A stretch of 64,000 bases of DNA. Source: Auanema rhodensis (lineage: Eukaryota > Animalia > Nematoda). Below are positions 11,935-26,100 of the stretch, in pieces. The notes beneath the pieces were generated by a model that saw only the letters and a list, made by a program, of their open reading frames with translations, ran no database searches and was not told where the DNA came from. Each line of letters starts with the position of its first letter. Within the stretch, counting starts at the first letter, position 1. A program made the position numbers and the translations under genes. The stretch is taken from positions 20,460,001 to 20,524,000 of the forward strand of contig OZ059894.1 of assembly GCA_964057225.1 (NCBI GenBank), given 5' to 3'.

Positions 11935-14742
11935 GATATAAGTGTGAACTAATATCAGTTGATATCTCGGTGCATTTTTAAGCTAGCGCAAATCTGATAA
12001 CACAGATCGACGCAGCTTAAAAATCCGCATCGAATGCACTATACTACATTGAGAAACGCTTAATACAAAAATTAGTTATGATCGTTTGAAAAATGATGCA
12101 TTAGTGTATGTTGAGTTTCCATGTACACTCAACATTGCTTCCAAAAACATTTTGACAAAAATTTTTTCGAAACATTTCAGAATAATTTAGCAAAAAGTAG
12201 ATGTTTTTAGATTCCTTTTTTCAAGGTAAAGACGATGGACAATGTCATTCAACGAAAAAAATAATTCTTCAGGGTGAAAATCGAGGATATAAGTGTGAAC
12301 TAATATCAGTTGATATCTCGGTGCATTTTTAAGCTAGCGCAAATCTGATAACACAGATCGACGCAGCTTAAAAATCCGCATCGAATGCACTTTACTACAT
12401 TGAGAAACGCTTAATACAAAAATTAGTTATGATCGTTTGAAAAATGATGCATTAGTGTATGTTGAGTTTCCATGTACACTCAACATTGCTTCCAAAAACA
12501 TTTTGACAAAAATTTTTTCGAAAAATTTCAAAATAATTTAGCAAAAAGTAGATGTTTTTAGATTCCTTTTTTCAAGGTAAAGACGATGGACAATGTTATT
12601 CAACGAAAAAATTAACTCTTCAGGGTGAAAATCGAGGATATAAGTGTGAACTTATATCAGTTGATATCTCGGTGCATTTTTAAGCTAGCGCAAATTTGAT
12701 AACACAGATCGACGCAGCTTAAAAATCCGCATCGAATGCACTATACTACATTGAGAAACGCTTAATACAAAAATTAGTTATGATCGTTTGAAAAATGATG
12801 CATTAGTGTATGTTGAGTTTCCATGTACACTCAACATTGCTTCCAAAAACATTTTGACAAAAATTTTTTCGAAACATTTCAGAATAATTTAGCAAAAAGT
12901 AGATGTTTTTAGATTCCTTTTTTCAAGGCAAAGACGATGGACAATGTTATTCAACGAAAAAAATAATTCTTCAGGGTGAAAATCGAGGATATAAGTGTGA
13001 ACTAATATCAGTTGATATCTCGGTGCATTTTTAAGCTAGCGCAAATCTGATAACACAGATCGACGCAGCTTAAAAATCCGCATCGAATGCACTTTACTAC
13101 ATTGAGAAACGCTTAATACAAAAATTAGTTATGATCGTTTGAAAAATGATGCATTAGTGTATGTTGAGTTTCCATGTACACTCAACATTGCTTCCAAAAA
13201 CATTTTGACAAAAATTTTTTCGAAACATTTCAGAATAATTTAGCAAAAAGTAGATGTTTTTAGATTCCTTTTTTCAAGGTAAAGACGATGGACAATGTCA
13301 TTCAACGAAAAAAATAATTCTTCAGGGTGAAAATCGAGGATATAAGTGTGAACTAATATCAGTTGATATCTCGGTGCATTTTTAAGCTAGCGCAAATCTG
13401 ATAACACAGATCGACGCAGCTTAAAAATCCGCATCGAATGCACTTTACTACATTGAGAAACGCTTAATACAAAAATTAGTTATGATCGTTTGAAAAATGA
13501 TGCATTAGTGTATGTTGAGTTTCCATGTACACTCAACATTGCTTCCAAAAACATTTTGACAAAAATTTTTTCGAAAAATTTCAAAATAATTTAGCAAAAA
13601 GTAGATGTTTTTAGATTCCTTTTTTCAAGGTAAAGACGATGGACAATGTTATTCAACGAAAAAATTAACTCTTCAGGGTGAAAATCGAGGATATAAGTGT
13701 GAACTTATATCAGTTGATATCTCGGTGCATTTTTAAGCTAGCGCAAATTTGATAACACAGATCGACGCAGCTTAAAAATCCGCATCGAATGCACTATACT
13801 ACATTGAGAAACGCTTAATACAAAAATTAGTTATGATCGTTTGAAAAATGATGCATTAGTGTATGTTGAGTTTCCATGTACACTCAACATTGCTTCCAAA
13901 AACATTTTGACAAAAATTTTTTCGAAACATTTCAGAATAATTTAGCAAAAAGTAGATGTTTTTAGATTCCTTTTTTCAAGGCAAAGACGATGGACAATGT
14001 TATTCAACGAAAAAAATAATTCTTCAGGGTGAAAATCGAGGATATAAGTGTGAACTAATATCAGTTGATATCTCGGTGCATTTTTAAGCTAGCGCAAATC
14101 TGATAACACAGATCGACGCAGCTTAAAAATCCGCATCGAATGCACTTTACTACATTGAGAAACGCTTAATACAAAAATTAGTTATGATCGTTTGAAAAAT
14201 GATGCATTAGTGTATGTTGAGTTTCCATGTACACTCAACATTGCTTCCAAAAACATTTTGACAAAAATTTTTTCGAAAAATTTCAAAATAATTTAGCAAA
14301 AAGTAGATGTTTTTAGATTCCTTTTTTCAAGGTAAAGACGATGGACAATGTTATTCAACGAAAAAATTAACTCTTCAGGGTGAAAATCGAGGATATAAGT
14401 GTGAACTTATATCAGTTGATATCTCGGTGCATTTTTAAGCTAGCGCAAATTTGATAACACAGATCGACGCAGCTTAAAAATCCGCATCGAATGCACTATA
14501 CTACATTGAGAAACGCTTAATACAAAAATTAGTTATGATCGTTTGAAAAATGATGCATTAGTGTATGTTGAGTTTCCATGTACACTCAACATTGCTTCCA
14601 AAAACATTTTGACAAAAATTTTTTCGAAAAATTTCAAAATAATTTAGCAAAAAGTAGATGTTTTTAGATTCCTTTTTTCAAGGTAAAGACGATGGACAAT
14701 GTTATTCAACGAAAAAATTAACTCTTCAGGGTGAAAATCGAG
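11935..14742. repeat. Transitional subdomain M35-M42 with 2-/3-mer repetition
   Basis: Locally concentrated variants GAACTAATAT, CACTTTAC, CAAATTTG, TTCAGAAT and ATGTCATT. M36/M37, M39/M40 and M41/M42(5' part) repeat. Confidence 0.75.
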
Positions 14743-17700
14743 GATATAAGTGTGAACTTATATCAGTTGATATCTCGGTGCATTTTTAAGCTAGCGCAAA
14801 TCTGATACCACAGATCGACGCAGCTTAAAAATCCGCATCGAATGCACTATACTACATTGAGAAACGCTTAATACGAAAATTAGTTATGATCGTTTGAAAA
14901 ATGATGCATTACTGTATGTTGAGTTTCCATGTACACTCAACATTGCTTCCAAAAACATTTTGACAAAAATTTTTTCGAAAAATTTCAAAATAAATTAGCA
15001 AAAAGTAGATGTTTTTAGATTCCTTTTCTCAAGGCAAAGACGATGGACAATGTTATTCAACGAAAAAATTAATTCTTCAGGGTGAAAATCGAGGATATAA
15101 GTGTGAACTTATATCAGTTGATATCTCGGTGCATTTTTAAGCTAGCGCAAATCTGATAACACAGATCGACGCAGCTTAAAAATCCGCATCGAATGCACTA
15201 TACTACATTGAGAAACGCTTGATACAAAAATTAGTTATGATCGTTTGAAAAATGATGCATTAGTGTATGTTGAGTTTCCATGTACACTCAACATTGCTTC
15301 CAAAAACATTTTGACAAAAATTTTTTCGAAACATTTCAAAATAATTCAGCAAAAAGTAGATGTTTTTAGATTCCTTTTTTCAAGGCAAAGACGATGGACA
15401 ATGTTATTCAACGAAAAAATTAACTCTTCAGGGTGAAAATCGAGGATATAAGTGTGAACTTATATCAGTTGATATCTCGGTGCATTTTTAAGCTAGCGCA
15501 AATCTGATAACACAGATCGACGCAGCTTAAAAATCCGCATCGAATGCACTATACTACATTGAGAAACGCTTAATACAAAAATTAGTTATGATCGTTTGAA
15601 AAATGATGCATTAGTGTATGTTGAGTTTCCATGTACACTCAACATTGCTTCCAAAAACATTTTGACAAAAATTTTTTCGAAACATTTCAAAATAATTCAG
15701 CAAAAAGTAGATGTTTTTAGATTCCTTTTTTCAAGGCAAAGACGATGGACAATGTTATTCAACGAAAAAATTAACTCTTCAGGGTGAAAATCGAGGATAT
15801 AAGTGTGAACTTATATCAGTTGATATCTCGGTGCATTTTTAAGCTAGCGCAAATCTGATAACACAGATCGACGCAGCTTAAAAATCCGCATCGAATGCAC
15901 TATACTACATTGAGAAACGCTTAATATAAAAATTAGTTATGATCGTTTGAAAAATGATGCATTAGTGTATGTTGAGTTTCCATGTACACTCAACATTGCT
16001 TCCAAAAACATTTTGACAAAAATTTTTTCGAAAAATTTCAAAATAATTTAGGAAAAAGTAGATGTTTTTAGATTCCTATTTTCAAAGTAAAGACGATGGA
16101 CAATGTTATTCAACAAAAAAATTAACTCTTCAGGGTGAAAATCGAGGATATAAGTGTGAACTTATATCAGTTGATATCTCGGTGCATTTTTAAGCTAGCG
16201 CAAATCTGATAACACAGATCGACGCAGCTTAAAAATCCGCATCGAATGCACTATACTACATTGAGAAACGCTTAATACAAAAATTAGTTATGATCGTTTG
16301 AAAAATGATGCATTAGTGTATGTTGAGTTTCCATGTACACTCAACATTGCTTCCAAAAACATTTTGACAAAAATTTTTTCGAAAAATTTCAAAATAATTT
16401 AGCAAAAAGTAGATGTTTTTAGATTCCTTCTTTCAAGGCAAAGACGATGGACAATGTTATTCAACGAAAAAAATAATTCTTCAGGGTGAAAATCGAGGAT
16501 ATAAGTGTGAACTTATATCAGTTGATATCTCGGTGCATTTTTAAGCTAGCGCAAATCTGATACCACAGATCGACGCAGCTTAAAAATCCGCATCGAATGC
16601 ACTATACTACATTGAGAAACGCTTAATACGAAAATTAGTTATGATCGTTTGAAAAATGATGCATTACTGTATGTTGAGTTTCCATGTACACTCAACATTG
16701 CTTCCAAAAACATTTTGACAAAAATTTTTTCGAAAAATTTCAAAATAAATTAGCAAAAAGTAGATGTTTTTAGATTCCTTCTTTCAAGGCAAAGACGATG
16801 GACAATGTTATTCAACGAAAAAAATAATTCTTCAGGGTGAAAATCGAGGATATAAGTGTGAACTTATATCAGTTGATATCTCGGTGCATTTTTAAGCTAG
16901 CGCAAATCTGATAACACAGATCGACGCAGCTTAAAAATCCGCATCGAATGCACTATACTACATTGAGAAACGCTTAATACAAAAATTAGTTATGATCGTT
17001 TGAAAAATGATGCATTAGTGTATGTTGAGTTTCCATGTACACTCAACATTGCTTCCAAAAACATTTTGACAAAAATTTTTTCGAAACATTTCAAAATAAT
17101 TCAGCAAAAAGTAGATGTTTTTAGATTCCTTTTTTCAAGGCAAAGACGATGGACAATGTTATTCAACGAAAAAATTAACTCTTCAGGGTGAAAATCGAGG
17201 ATATAAGTGTGAACTTATATCAGTTGATATCTCGGTGCATTTTTAAGCTAGCGCAAATCTGATAACACAGATCGACGCAGCTTAAAAATCCGCATCGAAT
17301 GCACTATACTACATTGAGAAACGCTTAATACAAAAATTAGTTATGATCGTTTGAAAAATGATGCATTAGTGTATGTTGAGTTTCCATGTACACTCAACAT
17401 TGCTTCCAAAAACATTTTGACAAAAATTTTTTCGAAAAATTTCAAAATAATTTAGCAAAAAGTAGATGTTTTTAGATTCCTTCTTTCAAGGCAAAGACGA
17501 TGGACAATATTATTCAACGAAAAAATTAACTCTTCAGGGTGAAAATCGAGGATATAAGTGTGAACTTATATCAGTTGATATCTCGGTGCATTTTTAAGCT
17601 AGCGCAAATCTGATAACACAGATCGACGCAGCTTAAAAATCCGCATCGAATGCACTATACTACATTGAGAAACGCTTAATACAAAAATTAGTTATGATCG

Positions 17701-20358
17701 TTTGAAAAATGATGCATTAGTGTATGTTGAGTTTCCATGTACACTCAACATTGCTTCCAAAAACATTTTGACAAAAATTTTTTCGAAACATTTCAAAATA
17801 ATTCAGCAAAAAGTAGATGTTTTTAGATTCCTTTTTTCAAGGCAAAGACGATGGACAATGTTATTCAACGAAAAAATTAACTCTTCAGGGTGAAAATCGA
17901 GGATATAAGTGTGAACTTATATCAGTTGATATCTCGGTGCATTTTTAAGCTAGCGCAAATCTGATAACACAGATCGACGCAGCTTAAAAATCCGCATCGA
18001 ATGCACTATACTACATTGAGAAACGCTTAATACAAAAATTAGTTATGATCGTTTGAAAAATGATGCATTAGTGTATGTTGAGTTTCCATGTACACTCAAC
18101 ATTGCTTCCAAAAACATTTTGACAAAAATTTTTTCGAAAAATTTCAAAATAATTTAGCAAAAAGTAGATGTTTTTAGATTCCTTCTTTCAAGGCAAAGAC
18201 GATGGACAATATTATTCAACGAAAAAATTAACTCTTCAGGGTGAAAATCGAGGATATAAGTGTGAACTTATATCAGTTGATATCTCGGTGCATTTTTAAG
18301 CTAGCGCAAATCTGATAACACAGATCGACGCAGCTTAAAAATCCGCATCGAATGCACTATACTACATTGAGAAACGCTTAATATAAAAATTAGTTATGAT
18401 CGTTTGAAAAATGATGCATTAGTGTATGTTGAGTTTCCATGTACACTCAACATTGCTTCCAAAAACATTTTGACAAAAATTTTTTCGAAAAATTTCAAAA
18501 TAATTTAGCAAAAAGTAGATGTTTTTAGATTCCTATTTTCAAAGTAAAGACGATGGACAATGTTATTCAACGAAAAAATTAACTCTTCAGGGTGAAAATC
18601 GAGGATATAAGTGTGAACTTATATCAGTTGATATCTCGGTGCATTTTTAAGCTAGCGCAAATCTGATAACACAGATCGACGCAGCTTAAAAATCCGCATC
18701 GAATGCACTATACTACATTGAGAAACGCTTAATACAAAAATTAGTTATGATCGTTTGAAAAATGATGCATTAGTGTATGTTGAGTTTCCATGTACACTCA
18801 ACATTGCTTCCAAAAACATTTTGACAAAAATTTTTTCGAAACATTTCAAAATAATTCAGCAAAAAGTAGATGTTTTTAGATTCCTTTTTTCAAGGCAAAG
18901 ACGATGGACAATGTTATTCAACGAAAAAATTAACTCTTCAGGGTGAAAATCGAGGATATAAGTGTGAACTTATATCAGTTGATATCTCGGTGCATTTTTA
19001 AGCTAGCGCAAATCTGATAACACAGATCGACGCAGCTTAAAAATCCGCATCGAATGCACTATACTACATTGAGAAACGCTTAATATAAAAATTAGTTATG
19101 ATCGTTTGAAAAATGATGCATTAGTGTATGTTGAGTTTCCATGTACACTCAACATTGCTTCCAAAAACATTTTGACAAAAATTTTTTCGAAAAATTTCAA
19201 AATAATTTAGCAAAAAGTAGATGTTTTTAGATTCCTATTTTCAAAGTAAAGACGATGGACAATGTTATTCAACGAAAAAATTAACTCTTCAGGGTGAAAA
19301 TCGAGGATATAAGTGTGAACTTATATCAGTTGATATCTCGGTGCATTTTTAAGCTAGCGCAAATCTGATAACACAGATCGACGCAGCTTAAAAATCCGCA
19401 TCGAATGCACTATACTACATTGAGAAACGCTTAATACAAAAATTAGTTATGATCGTTTGAAAAATGATGCATTAGTGTATGTTGAGTTTCCATGTACACT
19501 CAACATTGCTTCCAAAAACATTTTGACAAAAATTTTTTCGAAACATTTCAAAATAATTCAGCAAAAAGTAGATGTTTTTAGATTCCTTTTTTCAAGGCAA
19601 AGACGATGGACAATGTTATTCAACGAAAAAATTAACTCTTCAGGGTGAAAATCGAGGATATAAGTGTGAACTTATATCAGTTGATATCTCGGTGCATTTT
19701 TAAGCTAGCGCAAATCTGATAACACAGATCGACGCAGCTTAAAAATCCGCATCGAATGCACTATACTACATTGAGAAACGCTTAATACAAAAATTAGTTA
19801 TGATCGTTTGAAAAATGATGCATTAGTGTATGTTGAGTTTCCATGTACACTCAACATTGCTTCCAAAAACATTTTGACAAAAATTTTTTCGAAACATTTC
19901 AAAATAATTCAGCAAAAAGTAGATGTTTTTAGATTCCTTTCTTCAAGGCAAAGACGATGGACAATGTTATTCAACGAAAAAATTAACTCTTCAGGGTGAA
20001 AATCGAGGATATAAGTGTGAACTTATATCAGTTGATATCTCGGTGCATTTTTAAGCTAGCGCAAATCTGATAACACAGATCGACGCAGCTTAAAAATCCG
20101 CATCGAATGCACTATACTACATTGAGAAACGCTTAATATAAAAATTAGTTATGATCGTTTGAAAAATGATGCATTAGTGTATGTTGAGTTTCCATGTACA
20201 CTCAACATTGCTTCCAAAAACATTTTGACAAAAATTTTTTCGAAAAATTTCAAAATAATTTAGCAAAAAGTAGATGTTTTTAGATTCCTATTTTCAAAGT
20301 AAAGACGATGGACAATGTTATTCAACGAAAAAATTAACTCTTCAGGGTGAAAATCGAG

Positions 20359-23166
20359 GATATAAGTGTGAACTTATATCAGTTGATATCTCGGTGCATT
20401 TTTAAGCTAGCGCAAATCTGATAACACAGATCGACGCAGCTTAAAAATCCGCATCGAATGCACTATACTACATTGAGAAACGCTTAATACAAAAATTAGT
20501 TATGATCGTTTGAAAAATGATGCATTAGTGTATGTTGAGTTTCCATGTACACTCAACATTGCTTCCAAAAACATTTTGACAAAAATTTTTTCGAAAAATT
20601 TCAAAATAATTTAGCAAAAAGTAGATGTTTTTAGATTCCTTTTTTCAAGGCAAAGACGATGGACAATGTTATTCAACGAAAAAAATAATTCTTCAGGGTG
20701 AAAATCGAGGATATAAGTGTGAACTTATATCAGTTGATATCTCGGTGCATTTTTAAGCTAGCGCAAATCTGATAACACAGATCGACGCAGCTTAAAAATC
20801 CGCATCGAATGCACTATACTACATTGAGAAACGCTTAATACAAAAATTAGTTATGATCGTTTGAAAAATGATGCATTAGTGTATGTTGAGTTTCCATGTA
20901 CACTCAACATTGCTTCCAAAAACATTTTGACAAAAATTTTTTCGAAAAATTTCAAAATAATTTAGCAAAAAGTAGATGTTTTTAGATTCCTTCTTTCAAG
21001 GCAAAGACGATGGACAATGTTATTCAACGAAAAAATTAATTCTTCAGGGTGAAAATCGAGGATATAAGTGTGAACTTATATCAGTTGATATCTCGGTGCA
21101 TTTTTAAGCTAGCGCAAATCTGATAACACAGATCGACGCAGCTTAAAAATCCGCATCGAATGCACTATACTACATTGAGAAACGCTTAATACAAAAATTA
21201 GTTATGATCGTTTGAAAAATGATGCATTAGTGTATGTTGAGTTTCCATGTACACTCAACATTGCTTCCAAAAACATTTTGACAAAAATTTTTTCGAAAAA
21301 TTTCAAAATAAATTAGCAAAAAGTAGATGTTTTTAGATTTCTTTTTTTAAGGCAAAGACGATGGACAATGTTATTCAACGAAAAAATTAATTCTTCAGGG
21401 TGAAAATCGAGGATATAAGTGTGAACTTATATCAGTTGATATCTCGGTGCATTTTTAAGCTAGCGCAAATCTGATAACACAGAACGACGCAGCTTAAAAA
21501 TCCGCATCGAATGCACTATACTACATTGAGAAACGCTTAATACAAAAATTAGTTATGATCGTTTGAAAAATGATGCATTAGTGTATGTTGAGTTTCCATG
21601 TACACTCAACATTGCTTCCAAAAACATTTTGACAAAAATTTTTTCGAAAAATTTCAAAATAAATTAGCAAAAAGTAGATGTTTTTAGATTCCTTTTTTTA
21701 AGGCAAAGACGATGGACAATGTTATTCAACGAAAAAATTAATTCTTCAGGGTGAAAATCGAGGATATAAGTGTGAACTTATATCAGTTGATATCTCGGTG
21801 CATTTTTAAGCTAGCGCAAATCTGATAACACAGATCGACGCAGCTTAAAAATCCGCATCGAATGCACTATACTACATTGAGAAACGCTTAATACAAAAAT
21901 TAGTTATGATCGTTTGAAAAATGATGCATTAGTGTATGTTGAGTTTCCATGTACACTCAACATTGCTTCCAAAAACATTTTGACAAAAATTTTTTCGAAA
22001 AATTTCAAAATAATTTAGCAAAAAGTAGATGTTTTTAGATTCCTTTTTTCAAGGCAAAGACGATGGACAATGTTATTCAACGAAAAAAATAATTCTTCAG
22101 GGTGAAAATCGAGGATATAAGTGTGAACTTATATCAGTTGATATCTCGGTGCATTTTTAAGCTAGCGCAAATCTGATAACACAGATCGACGCAGCTTAAA
22201 AATCCGCATCGAATGCACTATACTACATTGAGAAACGCTTAATACACAAATTAGTTATGATCGTTTGAAAAATGATGCATTAGTGTATGTTGAGTTTCCA
22301 TGTACACTCAACATTGCTTCCAAAAACATTTTGACAAAAATTTTTTCGAAAAATTTCAAAATAATTTAGCAAAAAGTAGATGTTTTTAGATTCCTTCTTT
22401 CAAGGCAAAGACGATGGACAATGTTATTCAACGAAAAAATTAATTCTTCAGGGTGAAAATCGAGGATATAAGTGTGAACTTATATCAGTTGATATCTCGG
22501 TGCATTTTTAAGCTAGCGCAAATCTGATAACACAGATCGACGCAGCTTAAAAATCCGCATCGAATGCACTATACTACATTGAGAAACGCTTAATACAAAA
22601 ATTAGTTATGATCGTTTGAAAAATGATGCATTAGTGTATGTTGAGTTTCCATGTACACTCAACATTGCTTCCAAAAACATTTTGACAAAAATTTTTTCGA
22701 AAAATTTCAAAATAAATTAGCAAAAAGTAGATGTTTTTAGATTTCTTTTTTTAAGGCAAAGACGATGGACAATGTTATTCAACGAAAAAATTAATTCTTC
22801 AGGGTGAAAATCGAGGATATAAGTGTGAACTTATATCAGTTGATATCTCGGTGCATTTTTAAGCTAGCGCAAATCTGATAACACAGAACGACGCAGCTTA
22901 AAAATCCGCATCGAATGCACTATACTACATTGAGAAACGCTTAATACAAAAATTAGTTATGATCGTTTGAAAAATGATGCATTAGTGTATGTTGAGTTTC
23001 CATGTACACTCAACATTGCTTCCAAAAACATTTTGACAAAAATTTTTTCGAAAAATTTCAAAATAAATTAGCAAAAAGTAGATGTTTTTAGATTCCTTTT
23101 TTTAAGGCAAAGACGATGGACAATGTTATTCAACGAAAAAATTAATTCTTCAGGGTGAAAATCGAG
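20359..23166. repeat. Tandem duplication of a 4-monomer block (1404 bp)
   Basis: M59-62 and M63-66 show the same order: plain, CCTTCTTT, AAATTAG+ATTTC, CAGAACG+AAATTAG. One private difference was seen (ATACACAAA in M64). Confidence 0.8.
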
Positions 23167-26100
23167 GATATAAGTGTGAACTTATATCAGTTGATATCTC
23201 GGTGCATTTTTAAGCTAGCGCAAATCTGATAACACAGATCGACGCAGCTTAAAAATCCGCATCGAATGCACTATACTACATTGAGAAACGCTTAATACAA
23301 AAATTAGTTATGATCGTTTGAAAAATGATGCATTAGTGTATGTTGAGTTTCCATGTACACTCAACATTGCTTCCAAAAACATTTTGACAAAAATTTTTTC
23401 GAAACATTTCAAAATAATTCAGCAAAAAGTAGATGTTTTTAGATTCCTTTTTTCAAGGCAAAGACGATGGACAATGTTATTCAACGAAAAAATTAACTCT
23501 TCAGGGTGAAAATCGAGGATATAAGTGTGAACTTATATCAGTTGATATCTCGGTGCATTTTTAAGCTAGCGCAAATCTGATAACACAGATCGACGCAGCT
23601 TAAAAATCCGCATCGAATGCACTATACTACATTGAGAAACGCTTAATACAAAAATTAGTTATGATCGTTTGAAAAATGATGCATTAGTGTATGTTGAGTT
23701 TCCATGTACACTCAACATTGCTTCCAAAAACATTTTGACAAAAATTTTTTCGAAACATTTCAAAATAATTCAGCAAAAAGTAGATGTTTTTAGATTCCTT
23801 TTTTCAAGGCAAAGACGATGGACAATGTTATTCAACGAAAAAATTAACTCTTCAGGGTGAAAATCGAGGATATAAGTGTGAACTTATATCAGTTGATATC
23901 TCGGTGCATTTTTAAGCTAGCGCAAATCTGATAACACAGATCGACGCAGCTTAAAAATCCGCATCGAATGCACTATACTACATTGAGAAACGCTTAATAC
24001 AAAAATTAGTTATGATCGTTTGAAAAATGATGCATTAGTGTATGTTGAGTTTCCATGTACACTCAACATTGCTTCCAAAAACATTTTGACAAAAATTTTT
24101 TCGAAACATTTCAAAATAATTCAGCAAAAAGTAGATGTTTTTAGATTCCTTTTTTCAAGGCAAAGACGATGGACAATGTTATTCAACGAAAAAATTAACT
24201 CTTCAGGGTGAAAATCGAGGATATAAGTGTGAACTTATATCAGTTGATATCTCGGTGCATTTTTAAGCTAGCGCAAATCTGATAACACAGATCGACGCAG
24301 CTTAAAAATCCGCATCGAATGCACTATACTACATTGAGAAACGCTTAATATAAAAATTAGTTATGATCGTTTGAAAAATGATGCATTAGTGTATGTTGAG
24401 TTTCCATGTACACTCAACATTGCTTCCAAAAACATTTTGACAAAAATTTTTTCGAAAAATTTCAAAATAATTTAGCAAAAAGTAGATGTTTTTAGATTCC
24501 TTTTTTCAAGGCAAAGACGATGGACAATGTTATTCAACGAAAAAATTAACTCTTCAGGGTGAAAATCGAGGATATAAGTGTGAACTTATATCAGTTGATA
24601 TCTCGGTGCATTTTTAAGCTAGCGCAAATCTGATAACACAGATCGACGCAGCTTAAAAATCCGCATCGAATGCACTATACTACATTGAGAAACGCTTAAT
24701 ACAAAAATTAGTTATGATCGTTTGAAAAATGATGCATTAGTGTATGTTGAGTTTCCATGTACACTCAACATTGCTTCCAAAAACATTTTGACAAAAATTT
24801 TTTCGAAACATTTCAAAATAATTCAGCAAAAAGTAGATGTTTTTAAATTCCTTTTTTCAAGGCAAAGACGATGGACAATGTTATTCAACGAAAAAATTAA
24901 CTCTTCAGGGTGAAAATCGAGGATATAAGTGTGAACTTATATCAGTTGATATCTCGGTGCATTTTTAAGCTAGCGCAAATCTGATAACACAGATCGACGC
25001 AGCTTAAAAATCCGCATCGAATGCACTATACTACATTGAGAAACGCTTAATATAAAAATTAGTTATGATCGTTTGAAAAATGATGCATTAGTGTATGTTG
25101 AGTTTCCATGTACACTCAACATTGCTTCCAAAAACATTTTGACAAAAATTTTTTCGAAAAATTTCAAAATAATTTAGCAAAAAGTAGATGTTTTTAGATT
25201 CCTATTTTCAAAGTAAAGACGATGGACAATGTTATTCAACGAAAAAATTAACTCTTCAGGGTGAAAATCGAGGATATAAGTGTGAACTTATATCAGTTGA
25301 TATCTCGGTGCATTTTTAAGCTAGCGCAAATCTGATAACACAGATCGACGCAGCTTAAAAATCCGCATCGAATGCACTATACTACATTGAGAAACGCTTA
25401 ATACAAAAATTAGTTATGATCGTTTGAAAAATGATGCATTAGTGTATGTTGAGTTTCCATGTACACTCAACATTGCTTCCAAAAACATTTTGACAAAAAT
25501 TTTTTCGAAACATTTCAAAATAATTCAGCAAAAAGTAGATGTTTTTAGATTCCTTTTTTCAAGGCAAAGACGATGGACAATGTTATTCAACGAAAAAATT
25601 AACTCTTCAGGGTGAAAATCGAGGATATAAGTGTGAACTTATATCAGTTGATATCTCGGTGCATTTTTAAGCTAGCGCAAATCTGATAACACAGATCGAC
25701 GCAGCTTAAAAATCCGCATCGAATGCACTATACTACATTGAGAAACGCTTAATACAAAAATTAGTTATGATCGTTTGAAAAATGATGCATTAGTGTATGT
25801 TGAGTTTCCATGTACACTCAACATTGCTTCCAAAAACATTTTGACAAAAATTTTTTCGAAACATTTCAAAATAATTCAGCAAAAAGTAGATGTTTTTAGA
25901 TTCCTATTTTCAAAGTAAAGACGATGGACAATGTTATTCAACGAAAAAATTAACTCTTCAGGGTGAAAATCGAGGATATAAGTGTGAACTTATATCAGTT
26001 GATATCTCGGTGCATTTTTAAGCTAGCGCAAATCTGATAACACAGATCGACGCAGCTTAAAAATCCGCATCGAATGCACTATACTACATTGAGAAACGCT